Shown here: piece by piece, positions 16,598 to 24,516 of the stretch
Position numbering within the stretch: the first letter of the stretch is position 1
How the letters are laid out: every line of letters begins with the position of its first letter
Origin: a virus
Lineage: Duplodnaviria > Caudoviricetes
Reading direction: 5' to 3' (one strand)
DNA: 26,741 bases
Virus record (IMG/VR): IMGVR_UViG_3300037311_000511
Span: 1-26,741 of that record
Position numbers and translations under genes: made by a program
The notes under the pieces: generated by a model
What the model was told of the DNA's origin: nothing
The model's database searches: none
What the model saw: the letters and a program-made list of their open reading frames with translations, nothing else

Positions 16598-18255
16598 GTC
16601 GCGCTCCTCGCTGATTGAATGGCACGCTGGATGCCGTCGCGGTTGAAATGCATCGTCATCAACGCCGATGCCTTGTAGCGGGTCAGGTTGAAGTCATTGC
16701 GATGGCTCGGCAGATATTGAAGCTGCTTCGGCGTTGCGGGCTGATGAAGCCACGAGCGCGTCTTGTGCGCGGTTTCGTCGCTTTCATGCAGATTGAGCCA
16801 GTCATCGGCAGCGGCGAAACAGACGATGCGTTCACCAACGGCCAGCAGTTTGGGGGATTGGTTCTTGATGCCGCCCACGGCGTGCCATTCGCCATCCTTG
16901 AAGAAAACGCCGCCCCAGGCATTAAAGCCCGTGGCCAGGAAATACCGATCGTTCTGCTGTAGATCGACCCAAAGAAAGCTCGAACGCTTCAGCAGATCGA
17001 TCTCGGCCATGATGAAACCGTTTTCAGCCAGCTCGCGTGCGGCTGCCTGCGCTTTCCATTCATAACCACAAAGCGGACATTCTTTGACGGCGGCGGGAAC
17101 TTCCGCACCGCAATCAGGACATTCCTTCGTCGGCGCATCACCTTCGCCCATCTGGTCATCGAGATTGACATCCTGTTCAAGTGATCCGTGAAGCAGCGTG
17201 GACGTGCCAAAATCAAGAACGATGCAGTCTTTTTTGATGATGTCGGGATGTTCTGCCGGATCGACGGTTCGCAGGCCGCGACCGATCATCTGGATCATCG
17301 TGGATTTGTATGAGCTAGGGCGGAGCAACACGACGCAGGCCGTGGGCGGATGATCCCAGCCTTCGGTCAGCACCGCCACGTTGACGATGACTTGAGCTTC
17401 GCCTTCCGTGTATTCCGTAAGAACGGCATTGCGTTCGGTATCCGACATCTGGCCATGGACGAATACGGTTGGAATGTCTGCGGCGTTGAAACTGCGTGCC
17501 ACGTCCTCGGCATGTTCGATGGTCGAGCAAAAGACAACGGTTTTGCGGTCTCCGGCTTTCTCGTGCCAATGCTTGACCACGGCGTCGTTGATGGGACGCG
17601 TGTTCATGATTGCGGACACGGCACCCATATCGAAGTCGCTAGCGGTCTTTTTGACTTGGCGTAGCTCGTCCTGAACGCCCACGTCCATGACAAAGGTGCG
17701 TGGTGGCACAAGGTGGCCGGAGGCGATCAATTCCTTAACGGTGATCTGATCCGACACATTCGAAAAAACAGGGCGCAATCCTTTTTTGTCGCCGCGATTG
17801 GGTGTGGCTGTCATGCCGAGCAGTTTTACGCCAGCGTTGGCCTGCTTGACGCGCTCGATGACGCGCATATAGCTGTCCGCGCGGGCATGGTGCGCTTCAT
17901 CAATGACAAGAACATCGATTGGCGGCATTCCAGCCAGGTTATTTTCCCGCGACAGCGTCTGAACCATGGCAAAGGTAACTTCGCCTTTCCATGATTTGAC
18001 CGAAGCATCGAAAACACTGGTCGAAAGATGCGGTGTGACGCGCTTGAACTTATCTTCGTTCTGGAACGTCAGCTCGTCGCGGTGTGCCAACACGCAGGCT
18101 TTGCCTGGATTGCCTTTGAACATCTCCCCGATGATGGCGGAGAGCATGATCGTCTTGCCCGCTCCGGTGGGCGCGACGGCCAGCGTGTTGCCATGCTTGT
18201 TCAACGCATCAACGGTGCGGCTGACAAGCTCTTTTTGTCTCGGTCTTAACAGCAT
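16594..18255 (-). CDS. SF2 DEAD/DEAH-box helicase with a zinc ribbon
   Basis: APTGAGKT, DEAHH, TATP, QMIGRGLR, CPDC...CPLC. Confidence 0.93.
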   Translation of the reverse strand: MLLRPRQKELVSRTVDALNKHGNTLAVAPTGAGKTIMLSAIIGEMFKGNPGKACVLAHRDELTFQNEDKFKRVTPHLSTSVFDASVKSWKGEVTFAMVQTLSRENNLAGMPPIDVLVIDEAHHARADSYMRVIERVKQANAGVKLLGMTATPNRGDKKGLRPVFSNVSDQITVKELIASGHLVPPRTFVMDVGVQDELRQVKKTASDFDMGAVSAIMNTRPINDAVVKHWHEKAGDRKTVVFCSTIEHAEDVARSFNAADIPTVFVHGQMSDTERNAVLTEYTEGEAQVIVNVAVLTEGWDHPPTACVVLLRPSSYKSTMIQMIGRGLRTVDPAEHPDIIKKDCIVLDFGTSTLLHGSLEQDVNLDDQMGEGDAPTKECPDCGAEVPAAVKECPLCGYEWKAQAAARELAENGFIMAEIDLLKRSSFLWVDLQQNDRYFLATGFNAWGGVFFKDGEWHAVGGIKNQSPKLLAVGERIVCFAAADDWLNLHESDETAHKTRSWLHQPATPKQLQYLPSHRNDFNLTRYKASALMTMHFNRDGIQRAIQSARSAT

Positions 18256-18263
18256 GTTTCACC

Positions 18264-18836
18264 TCACCGCGCCCAGGAGGGAAGATTGGATGCAGGCGCT
18301 GCAGCGGGCTGTGCCTGCGCGGGCGGTGTCGATCCGCTACCGCCGTTGCCGTAGTCTTTGTGATCTTTGGTAACGGCGACTTTGATGACGTTCCGGTCGC
18401 TACCGTCGCGTTGATCTTTTTCCACATCGATGCGGGCGGTGAATTCGATGCCGTCCAGATCACCAAGGCCATTGATACGGCGTGCGGCAATCGCCTGTGG
18501 GCTGTCATCCTTGGCTGAAAATCCGCGCGCGGAATTCAGGATGCCCTTGATAAAGGAACGCCCCATGTTCGCGTAGTCCGGCCCTTTGGGGCTGTGCAGC
18601 CCGATCAGGCTCCATACCTTGCGCCGCGCGAATTGGCCTTCCAAAATGACGAATTCGCAATTGAGATAGACCGCTCCGGTATTACCTTGCGTGGCGTATC
18701 CGCCCGTCCAGCCTTCCGAAGGATCGTTGTGGCCACCTGGCTTGATGGTCATGCGCACGCGTGTGATCGTGCCTTTGGGGATGATGTCGAAAGTTTGCTG
18801 ATCTTCCGCGCTGCTAAAATCTTTCCATACGGACAT
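18264..18836 (-). CDS. Putative single-stranded DNA-binding protein (DUF669-like OB fold)
   Basis: YLNCEFVILEGQFARRKVW; flexible Pro/Ala tail ending PSWAR; directly follows the Sak4-like ATPase. Confidence 0.6.
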   Translation of the reverse strand: MSVWKDFSSAEDQQTFDIIPKGTITRVRMTIKPGGHNDPSEGWTGGYATQGNTGAVYLNCEFVILEGQFARRKVWSLIGLHSPKGPDYANMGRSFIKGILNSARGFSAKDDSPQAIAARRINGLGDLDGIEFTARIDVEKDQRDGSDRNVIKVAVTKDHKDYGNGGSGSTPPAQAQPAAAPASNLPSWAR

Positions 18837-18838
18837 GG

Positions 18839-19705
18839 TTATTCTCCTTGCGTTTGTGGTGCGTTGATTTGTTGGGGGTGGACGTAGGTCAGACGTTCAG
18901 CAGCGGGCTTGGCCGCTCTGGCGATCTTGTCCATCAACCGTCCGAGGTGCGGCTCTTCCAGAAGTTCGAGACGACCGCTGCGATCCTTAGCGGGGAATCC
19001 GTGAGGATTGAGCGTGTGGCAGATGAAGGCGCGATACGGCGTGCCGTCCTCGGTCTTCAACTCAGCCATGGTGATGACCTGATCAACGATGCCTGGAAGT
19101 TCGAGACCTGTTTTGCTGCCTTCGATCTGCGGCTGGAAGAAACGACGATTGAAGTCGTCCAGCTTTTCGTCGAGAATCCCGACAAACCAGATGTTCTTGC
19201 CGCGTGCGTGCTGGAGATGCGTCAGCCACGCGATCATCTCCTGACCGTGAAGGCCATAAGCACCGCGCGTATCTGGTTTGCCTGTCTTGTCGCTGAACGC
19301 CTGCGGCTGGCCTTTGCACCACTGGAAGCACAGGCGTCCAGCCACGGTGATTGAATCCACAAACACTGTGTCGTATTTTTCAAGCGTTGCGGGATCGCCG
19401 AAGCGTTCACGCACCGCGTCGTAATGCGCTTGGCTGTAAGGCTGGTCTTCGCGCAGGGCGGGATTGGGGCCGCCGATGAACACTGCGAAGTCGCGGCAAT
19501 CCTGCCAGGTGCGCGGGCGAATGGTGTCGCCCGCCCAGCCTTCGATGGCTAGATCGCCCGCTTCAAGGTCGAAGAACAAAGTATTTTCGGCGGGCAGCGT
19601 CCAGAGCAGCGATGTTTTGCCGATGCCGGACTTGCCGAAAATGCAGCCCTTGATGCCACGCTTTTCGGCAAGTCGCTCGTCTGCGGAGATGATGGGAAGC
19701 GTCAT
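18839..19705 (-). CDS. AAA_24 / Sak4-like ATP-binding recombination protein
   Basis: Walker A GKSGIGKT, DLEAG, VFVDSIT, AKDRSG. Confidence 0.85.
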   Translation of the reverse strand: MTLPIISADERLAEKRGIKGCIFGKSGIGKTSLLWTLPAENTLFFDLEAGDLAIEGWAGDTIRPRTWQDCRDFAVFIGGPNPALREDQPYSQAHYDAVRERFGDPATLEKYDTVFVDSITVAGRLCFQWCKGQPQAFSDKTGKPDTRGAYGLHGQEMIAWLTHLQHARGKNIWFVGILDEKLDDFNRRFFQPQIEGSKTGLELPGIVDQVITMAELKTEDGTPYRAFICHTLNPHGFPAKDRSGRLELLEEPHLGRLMDKIARAAKPAAERLTYVHPQQINAPQTQGE

Positions 19706-19995
19706 TACACGCCTCCCTTTTTGCCTGTGATGGCATCGACGATGTTATCGCTGCCAACAGCGCCCTTGGAACGCGCCTCACGGTAAAGACGGCGCAGCGC
19801 GTACAGGGTTGAGTTTAAGGCGTCGGCTTTTTGATCGAGAGCCTGCGCCGCGAAAGCGATATCATCGAGCGTTGCCTGTTCGATCGGCTTGGTGACGTCC
19901 GTCATATTTTCACCAAGTGGCGGGATATGGATGCTCTCCGGCACGTTGTTTGCCAGATAGGTGTCCTTCAAAAGTTTTTCGATTTTCTTGCTCAT
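19705..19995 (-). CDS. Hypothetical protein, 96 aa
   Basis: Start revised to ATG 19995 (MSKKIEKLLKD), ATGA overlap, RBS GGAGG. Confidence 0.75.
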   Translation of the reverse strand: MSKKIEKLLKDTYLANNVPESIHIPPLGENMTDVTKPIEQATLDDIAFAAQALDQKADALNSTLYALRRLYREARSKGAVGSDNIVDAITGKKGGV

Positions 19996-20156
19996 TGTGC
20001 GCCTCCTTTTTTGGCTTTGAGTCTCAGTGCGCCGCGCAACCAGCGGCAGACCAGTTCGGCCTTTGCCAGCAGTCGGCGTAGTTCGGTTTCGTCCATCTCC
20101 AGCAATTGCCCGACGGGCGTGCCGTAGACGGCGTCGAGTGATGGTGAATCGCTCAT
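19992..20156 (-). CDS. Hypothetical protein, 54 aa (first gene of the replication operon)
   Basis: ATG 20156 with AAGGAG RBS; MSDSPSLDAVYGTPVGQLLEM. Confidence 0.65.
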   Translation of the reverse strand: MSDSPSLDAVYGTPVGQLLEMDETELRRLLAKAELVCRWLRGALRLKAKKGGAQ

Positions 20157-20306
20157 TCGATGCTCCTTGGTTTCGTTGTTGCTCCTGGTCGCCGTTTGCA
20201 TTGCTGCTGTCGGGTCTTGGCGCCGCCAAAGAGCAAAAGCGGTCGCGGTATTTCCCCGAAAGGTTTTGCATTCCCGCGAAGGCCCGACATGAATTCCCTA
20301 TGAGGG

Positions 20307-20339
20307 GTTACATACCGAGCGATCGCGGGAACTGTCGGG
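20307..20339 (-). promoter_or_regulatory. Putative phage-sigma-dependent promoter CCCGACA-N-TTCCC-N11-GTATGTAAC (replication operon)
   Basis: 21 of 21 motif positions and the spacing are identical to 23538-23570. Confidence 0.7.
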
Positions 20340-20344
20340 GTCGG

Positions 20345-20914
20345 TCAGTGCAGATATTTCTGGAGGCCACGCTCATCGAAATCGCGCCGGATGCGTCCGA
20401 TGGTTTCGTAAACTGTGGACGGATGGCGGTTGTGGATTTTGCAGAGCGTGCGGATGGGCAGATCCTGCATCAGCATCGCGCAATAGAAGCGCGCGGCTTC
20501 CGGCAAGGCCCGGATCGCGTCCGTCACGTCGATGGTCAGATCAACCTGGCGCGCGTGGTTTGGATGTGATCCCCAGATGGCCATGGATTCCGGAATGTCG
20601 TCGTGGTCACCATCTTCCAGGTAAGAATCCAGCGATGCGGCATGGAACCCGCCGTTGCGTTTTTCTGCCTTCGCGGCCTTGATCATCGCCGCGCATTTGT
20701 GGCGCAAGATGCGGTCGGCGAAGGTTTTGCGGCAGGACTTTTCCGGATCGAAAGATTGGATGCGCGAGAGATAATCGAGCATTAATTCCTGCTCGATGTC
20801 CTCGATTTCCATTCCGGCCATGGTATGGTGCCGGAGCATTTGACGTGCGTGGTAACGGACTTGTGAAACGACATACGGATCGATGCCGTCGTAACGGTTT
20901 TGGCTCTTGCTCAT
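20345..20914 (-). CDS. Phage-encoded ECF-like sigma-70 family factor
   Basis: Region 2-like EDIEQELML...FDPEKSCRKTFADRILRHK; region 4-like DAIRALPE...HPSTVYETIGRIRRDF; 189 aa. Confidence 0.8.
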   Translation of the reverse strand: MSKSQNRYDGIDPYVVSQVRYHARQMLRHHTMAGMEIEDIEQELMLDYLSRIQSFDPEKSCRKTFADRILRHKCAAMIKAAKAEKRNGGFHAASLDSYLEDGDHDDIPESMAIWGSHPNHARQVDLTIDVTDAIRALPEAARFYCAMLMQDLPIRTLCKIHNRHPSTVYETIGRIRRDFDERGLQKYLH

Positions 20915-20966
20915 TGTTTTCGCCTTTGTTTGCTTTGACGGCCACGCGGGCCGGACAAAGGGACTG

Positions 20967-21104
20967 GCGAAAACTCACTGGACGGCTGGTTTCGAAGGCA
21001 TTTTCAGCCTGCCTAAAAAGCAAAAATCCGCCTGTGCGGCGGCTTTACGGGGCAAAAATATTTTTGATTTATTTTCAGGATGCCCAGTGAAAATTCACCG
21101 GACG
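20967..21104. promoter_or_regulatory. Imperfect 18-bp direct repeats upstream of the sigma gene (putative regulator boxes)
   Basis: GCGAAAACTCACTGGACG (20967-20984) vs GTGAAAATTCACCGGACG (21087-21104); 15/18 identical; 120 bp period. Confidence 0.55.
21015..21046 (-). terminator. Possible intrinsic terminator between the recombinase operon and the sigma gene
   Basis: - strand CCGCC-gcaca-GGCGG followed by ATTTTTGCTTTTT. Confidence 0.45.
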
Positions 21105-21118
21105 AACGGGTGACCCCG

Positions 21119-21532
21119 TCAGACGGTCAGGCCCAAATGACGGCGTTGTGCCTGCCAGTCGTCGGGGAAAGGCTGGAGCAGCTCGGACAGCTTCATGGTT
21201 TTTGGCTGGGTACCATTTAAAATCATTTCCTTAATATCTGGCGCAAGGAGGTTGAGACGCAGGATGCGCGAAACGTAAGACGGATTGATTTCGTTTTCCA
21301 AAGCCAGATGGTCGATGTTCTTTACTTTGCCCGTTTCCAGCCATCGGCTCCATTTATGAGCGCGGGCAAGTGCTTTCAGCAGAGTGTCGTCCTTCTTCGG
21401 CGGGTTGACGAATGGCGCTTCACCTTCGGTGGGTGGTACAATCAGATAACGCCGCCCGAATTTTTTGGTAAAATTCACTGGCACGCTGATATTGATGACG
21501 TTGCCATCAAGAGAGATCATGGCTTTGTTCAT
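21119..21532 (-). CDS. Recombinase-associated HTH protein
   Basis: DDTLLKALARAHKW...INPSYVSRILRLNLLAPDIKEMILNG; ATGA overlap with the recombinase stop. Confidence 0.8.
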   Translation of the reverse strand: MNKAMISLDGNVINISVPVNFTKKFGRRYLIVPPTEGEAPFVNPPKKDDTLLKALARAHKWSRWLETGKVKNIDHLALENEINPSYVSRILRLNLLAPDIKEMILNGTQPKTMKLSELLQPFPDDWQAQRRHLGLTV

Positions 21533-22881
21533 GCGGCCTCCTTATTTTTGTTCTTATGGATATATTCGACATCGCGGATGAGGCTGTTCAAACCTTCGGC
21601 ATAGATACGGATATCGATGCGATCGGCATTGACGATGATTTTTTCGATCAACAGCCCTAAAAGCCGTGCTTGTTCAAGCGGGAATAACTCATCCCAGATC
21701 AAATGGAGGTTCTGCAGTGCGTCACGCACTTGCTGTTCGGTGACGCTGTGATCCTCCTTGATGGCCTCACGCCAAACTCGCACCATCATTTCCGGTGTGC
21801 AGATCGCAAAGCGAATTTGATTGAGGACAATGTTTTCAAGCTCTCCTGCGGGAACAGATCCTATGGGACAGTCCTCGCACTCATTTTTCAGGTGCGCGCT
21901 TGGTTTGTAATATCTGTAAAGCCTGCCGTTTGCCTTCTTCGTATAAGTCGGCGTCATGACGGATCGGCAACCGCCGCAAACCGCCAGCCCTTGTAACAAC
22001 GATGTTGACATGCCCCGTGTGCGTATCGCGCGTTTGCGTGGACTTTCCTGCATGACCGAGCGAACCTTTTCCCAAAGGGCATGATCGATGATGGCCTTAT
22101 GTTGCCCAGGATAATGATTGCCCTTGTGGTTGATCTCACCGAGATAAGTGCGGTTCTGTAGAATTTTATAAATAAAACCCTTTGTAATCGTCCGACCGCC
22201 ACGATCTTTGCCGTTTTGGCTGGTCCAGTGTTTTGTCCGGTGGCCTTGATCCCGTAGTTCCTTCGCCAGCAGCGTCATCGACCGTAAGATAACAAAACGC
22301 TCAAACATCAAACGCACCAGCTGGGCTTCCTGCTCATGGATCACCAGCTTCTTGTCTTTTGTTTCGTATCCAAGCGGCGTGATGCCGCCCATCCACATGC
22401 CTTTGCGCTTTGTCGCAGCCACTTTGTCACGGATACGTTCCCCGATGACCTCACGCTCGAATTGCGCAAAGGACAGCAGGATGTTGAGCGTCAGCCGTCC
22501 CATAGAGGTGGTAGTGTTGAATTGCTGGGTGACGGAAACAAAGCTGACATTGTGTTTGTCGAAAAGATCAATCAGCTTGGCGAAATCCGAAAGCGCACGC
22601 GACAGACGGTCAACCTTATAAACCACGACCACGTCAATCAGGCCGTTTTCGATATCACGCATGAGTTTTTTGAGCGCAGGACGATCCATGGATCCGCCGG
22701 AAAAACCGCCATCGTCGTAATATTCCGGCACCAGCGTCCAGCCCTCGTGACGCTGCGCGTTGATATAGGATTCTCCGGCCTCGCGCTGGGCGTCGAGGCT
22801 GTTGAATTCCATGTCGAGACCTTCTTCGGTGGATTTGCGCGTATAAATCGCGCAGCGAATTCTTTTCTTGGTTTCTGTCAT
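21529..22881 (-). CDS. Large serine recombinase (integrase)
   Basis: Catalytic CAIYTRKS, YDDGGFSGGSMDRPAL, VYKVDRLSR, FAQFEREVIGERIRD; recombinase domain; CGGC zinc-ribbon. Confidence 0.95.
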   Translation of the reverse strand: MTETKKRIRCAIYTRKSTEEGLDMEFNSLDAQREAGESYINAQRHEGWTLVPEYYDDGGFSGGSMDRPALKKLMRDIENGLIDVVVVYKVDRLSRALSDFAKLIDLFDKHNVSFVSVTQQFNTTTSMGRLTLNILLSFAQFEREVIGERIRDKVAATKRKGMWMGGITPLGYETKDKKLVIHEQEAQLVRLMFERFVILRSMTLLAKELRDQGHRTKHWTSQNGKDRGGRTITKGFIYKILQNRTYLGEINHKGNHYPGQHKAIIDHALWEKVRSVMQESPRKRAIRTRGMSTSLLQGLAVCGGCRSVMTPTYTKKANGRLYRYYKPSAHLKNECEDCPIGSVPAGELENIVLNQIRFAICTPEMMVRVWREAIKEDHSVTEQQVRDALQNLHLIWDELFPLEQARLLGLLIEKIIVNADRIDIRIYAEGLNSLIRDVEYIHKNKNKEAA

Positions 22882-23327
22882 GCTTTCTTCCTTTGATGAC
22901 TCACCAGGCCGAAGAATACGGGGCCTGACCAGTTCGTGCCTGTGATCTCGCGCGCGATTTGAGAAAGGCTTTTATACCGCGCGCCCTTGTATTCGAATCC
23001 GTCGGCAAGGACTGTCACCCGATGTTCGATGCCGTGATGGATGCGCACGAGCTTGGTGCCAACAACAGGGAGATGCCGACCTTCGCCACGCGGCTTGCGG
23101 AGATTTTCCGAAAGACTTTCTTTGGCGTATCGCTCAAGCCGTTTTTCGATAATGTCGCTATCGACGTTGTAGGCGATTTCCTGCAGGCGATAGGCCAGAC
23201 GCTTGACCAGGTAGGGCTTGTTGTATTTCGGAGCTTGAGATTTAAAAAGCTCCTCCCACATTGCCGCCAGCTCGCCCATGGGCATTTGTGGCAATGCCGT
23301 TATTCTTGCTAACATATTGGTTTTCAT
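22878..23327 (-). CDS. DUF2924 family protein
   Basis: YLVKRLAYRLQE...GTKLVR...YKSLSQIAREITGTNWSGPVFFGL signature; ATG 23327 (TGATG overlap). Confidence 0.9.
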   Translation of the reverse strand: MKTNMLARITALPQMPMGELAAMWEELFKSQAPKYNKPYLVKRLAYRLQEIAYNVDSDIIEKRLERYAKESLSENLRKPRGEGRHLPVVGTKLVRIHHGIEHRVTVLADGFEYKGARYKSLSQIAREITGTNWSGPVFFGLVSHQRKKA

Positions 23328-23512
23328 CAATTATTTCCTTCATTTTGGCTCTTTCCATGAATGCTTCCTGGCGGTCTGAAGTCCAGTGAATAGTCTCTCT
23401 TGTCAGCGGTTTTGAGCTTTTCTAGGCGGCGGATGATGCCACGGCTGAGGATCAGCCCGATTTCAGCCATACGCTCGTGTGCAGACATCAGGGTGGGGTC
23501 TAGTCCGTTCAT
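23327..23512 (-). CDS. Small hypothetical protein, 61 aa (first gene of the recombinase operon)
   Basis: Start revised to ATG 23512 with GGAGG RBS; MNGLDPTLMSAHERMAEIGLILSRGIIR. Confidence 0.7.
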   Translation of the reverse strand: MNGLDPTLMSAHERMAEIGLILSRGIIRRLEKLKTADKRDYSLDFRPPGSIHGKSQNEGNN

Positions 23513-23537
23513 CGCAACCTCCGTATTGTTGGTGGTT

Positions 23538-23570
23538 GTTACATACGGAATGCAAAGGGGAAGTGTCGGG
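23538..23570 (-). promoter_or_regulatory. Putative phage-sigma-dependent promoter CCCGACA-N-TTCCC-N11-GTATGTAAC (recombinase operon)
   Basis: Identical motif and spacing to 20307-20339; 25 nt upstream of ATG 23512. Confidence 0.7.
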
Positions 23571-23582
23571 ATAAGTACAGTA

Positions 23583-23633
23583 TTGACAGCGATTTTTCTT
23601 GAAATAAGATAATCAAACCTAATAAATATAAGG
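23583..23633 (+). promoter_or_regulatory. Sigma-70 promoter of the lexA cassette with a downstream palindromic operator
   Basis: TTGACA (23583-23588)-16 nt-TAAGAT (23605-23610); imperfect palindrome CCTAAT-aaat-ATAAGG (23618-23633). Confidence 0.55.
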
Positions 23634-23653
23634 CTCATCATAAGGAGATTCGC

Positions 23654-23836
23654 ATGGCAACAAATCCACCCAAAGGCGATGGTCACCGCAACGGCGCGGT
23701 GCGCGATCGTTCCCAAGTCCTCAATACCAAAACAGGTCATTACACCAAGCGTGATGATGACACGGGCCGCTTTATGGATGTGAAGTCGGACGGCGGAAAA
23801 TTCAAAGGCGTGAGAACCGAAAAGCCGAAAAAATGA
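23654..23836 (+). CDS. Small basic hypothetical protein, 60 aa
   Basis: RBS TAAGGAG; MATNPPKGDGHRNGAVRDRSQV...KRDDDTGRFMDVK; ATGA-coupled to the lexA-like gene. Confidence 0.75.
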   Translation: MATNPPKGDGHRNGAVRDRSQVLNTKTGHYTKRDDDTGRFMDVKSDGGKFKGVRTEKPKK

Positions 23837-24516
23837 AAGCGCTGAAAAAACTACCGAGCGGCGGAAACCTAACGCCTGTACAAGAAACCATGTTGCGCAC
23901 GATCACTGCGTTTATGGATCGTCGTGGCCTTGCGCCCACGGTGCAGGAGTTGGCGACCATCCTTTCAATCCAGCCACCTAGTGCATATGAACTGCTGGGG
24001 CGGTTGGAAGAAAAAGGCTACATCCAGCGCGAACCGCGCAAAGCACGCACGATGACGGTGGTGAAAGATTTCACGCCGCGCACGCGTCAGATGGTGAATG
24101 TTCCGATCGTGGGCAGAGTAGCTGCAGGCACACCTATTTTGGCAATCGAAAACAAAGTTGGTGAAATCATGGTCGATGCCATGATCGCGCGTGGTAATTG
24201 CTTTGCGCTTCAAGTGTGCGGCGACAGCATGATCGATGTAGATATTAATGACGGCGACTATGTTGTCGTTCGTCAACAACAGCTTGCCGAGTCTGGTGAC
24301 ATTGTGGTTGCCATGCGCGACGGGGAAGCGACCGTAAAACGGTTGTTTATAGCGGATGAAAAAATCGAATTGAGGCCCGAAAACAAAAAACTGAAACCAA
24401 TCATCATCAGCCATGACGATGACTTCTCCATTGTGGGAAGGGTCGTCAGCGTTTGTTCCAGAGCCGATCCTATCAATCAGGCAAAGGAGCAACAGGATGG
24501 CGACGTATTCCCTTAA
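23833..24516 (+). CDS. lexA: LexA-family repressor (wHTH + S24 autopeptidase)
   Basis: LTPVQ...PTVQELA...LEEKGYIQR wHTH; Ala-Gly cleavage site VAAGTP; catalytic Ser (GDSM) and Lys (ATVKR). Probably a phage paralogue rather than the host copy. Confidence 0.88.
   Translation: MKALKKLPSGGNLTPVQETMLRTITAFMDRRGLAPTVQELATILSIQPPSAYELLGRLEEKGYIQREPRKARTMTVVKDFTPRTRQMVNVPIVGRVAAGTPILAIENKVGEIMVDAMIARGNCFALQVCGDSMIDVDINDGDYVVVRQQQLAESGDIVVAMRDGEATVKRLFIADEKIELRPENKKLKPIIISHDDDFSIVGRVVSVCSRADPINQAKEQQDGDVFP

Noticed and set aside
20915-23653. attL/attR/attP site next to the recombinase
   Set aside because: No host-phage junction or convincing att-like inverted repeat could be identified; needs comparison with an empty locus.
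23833-24516. Host chromosomal lexA marking the prophage boundary
   Set aside because: It is coupled to non-housekeeping genes, and no alphaproteobacterial GTTC-N7-GTTC SOS box is visible upstream; more likely element-encoded, though this is not proven.
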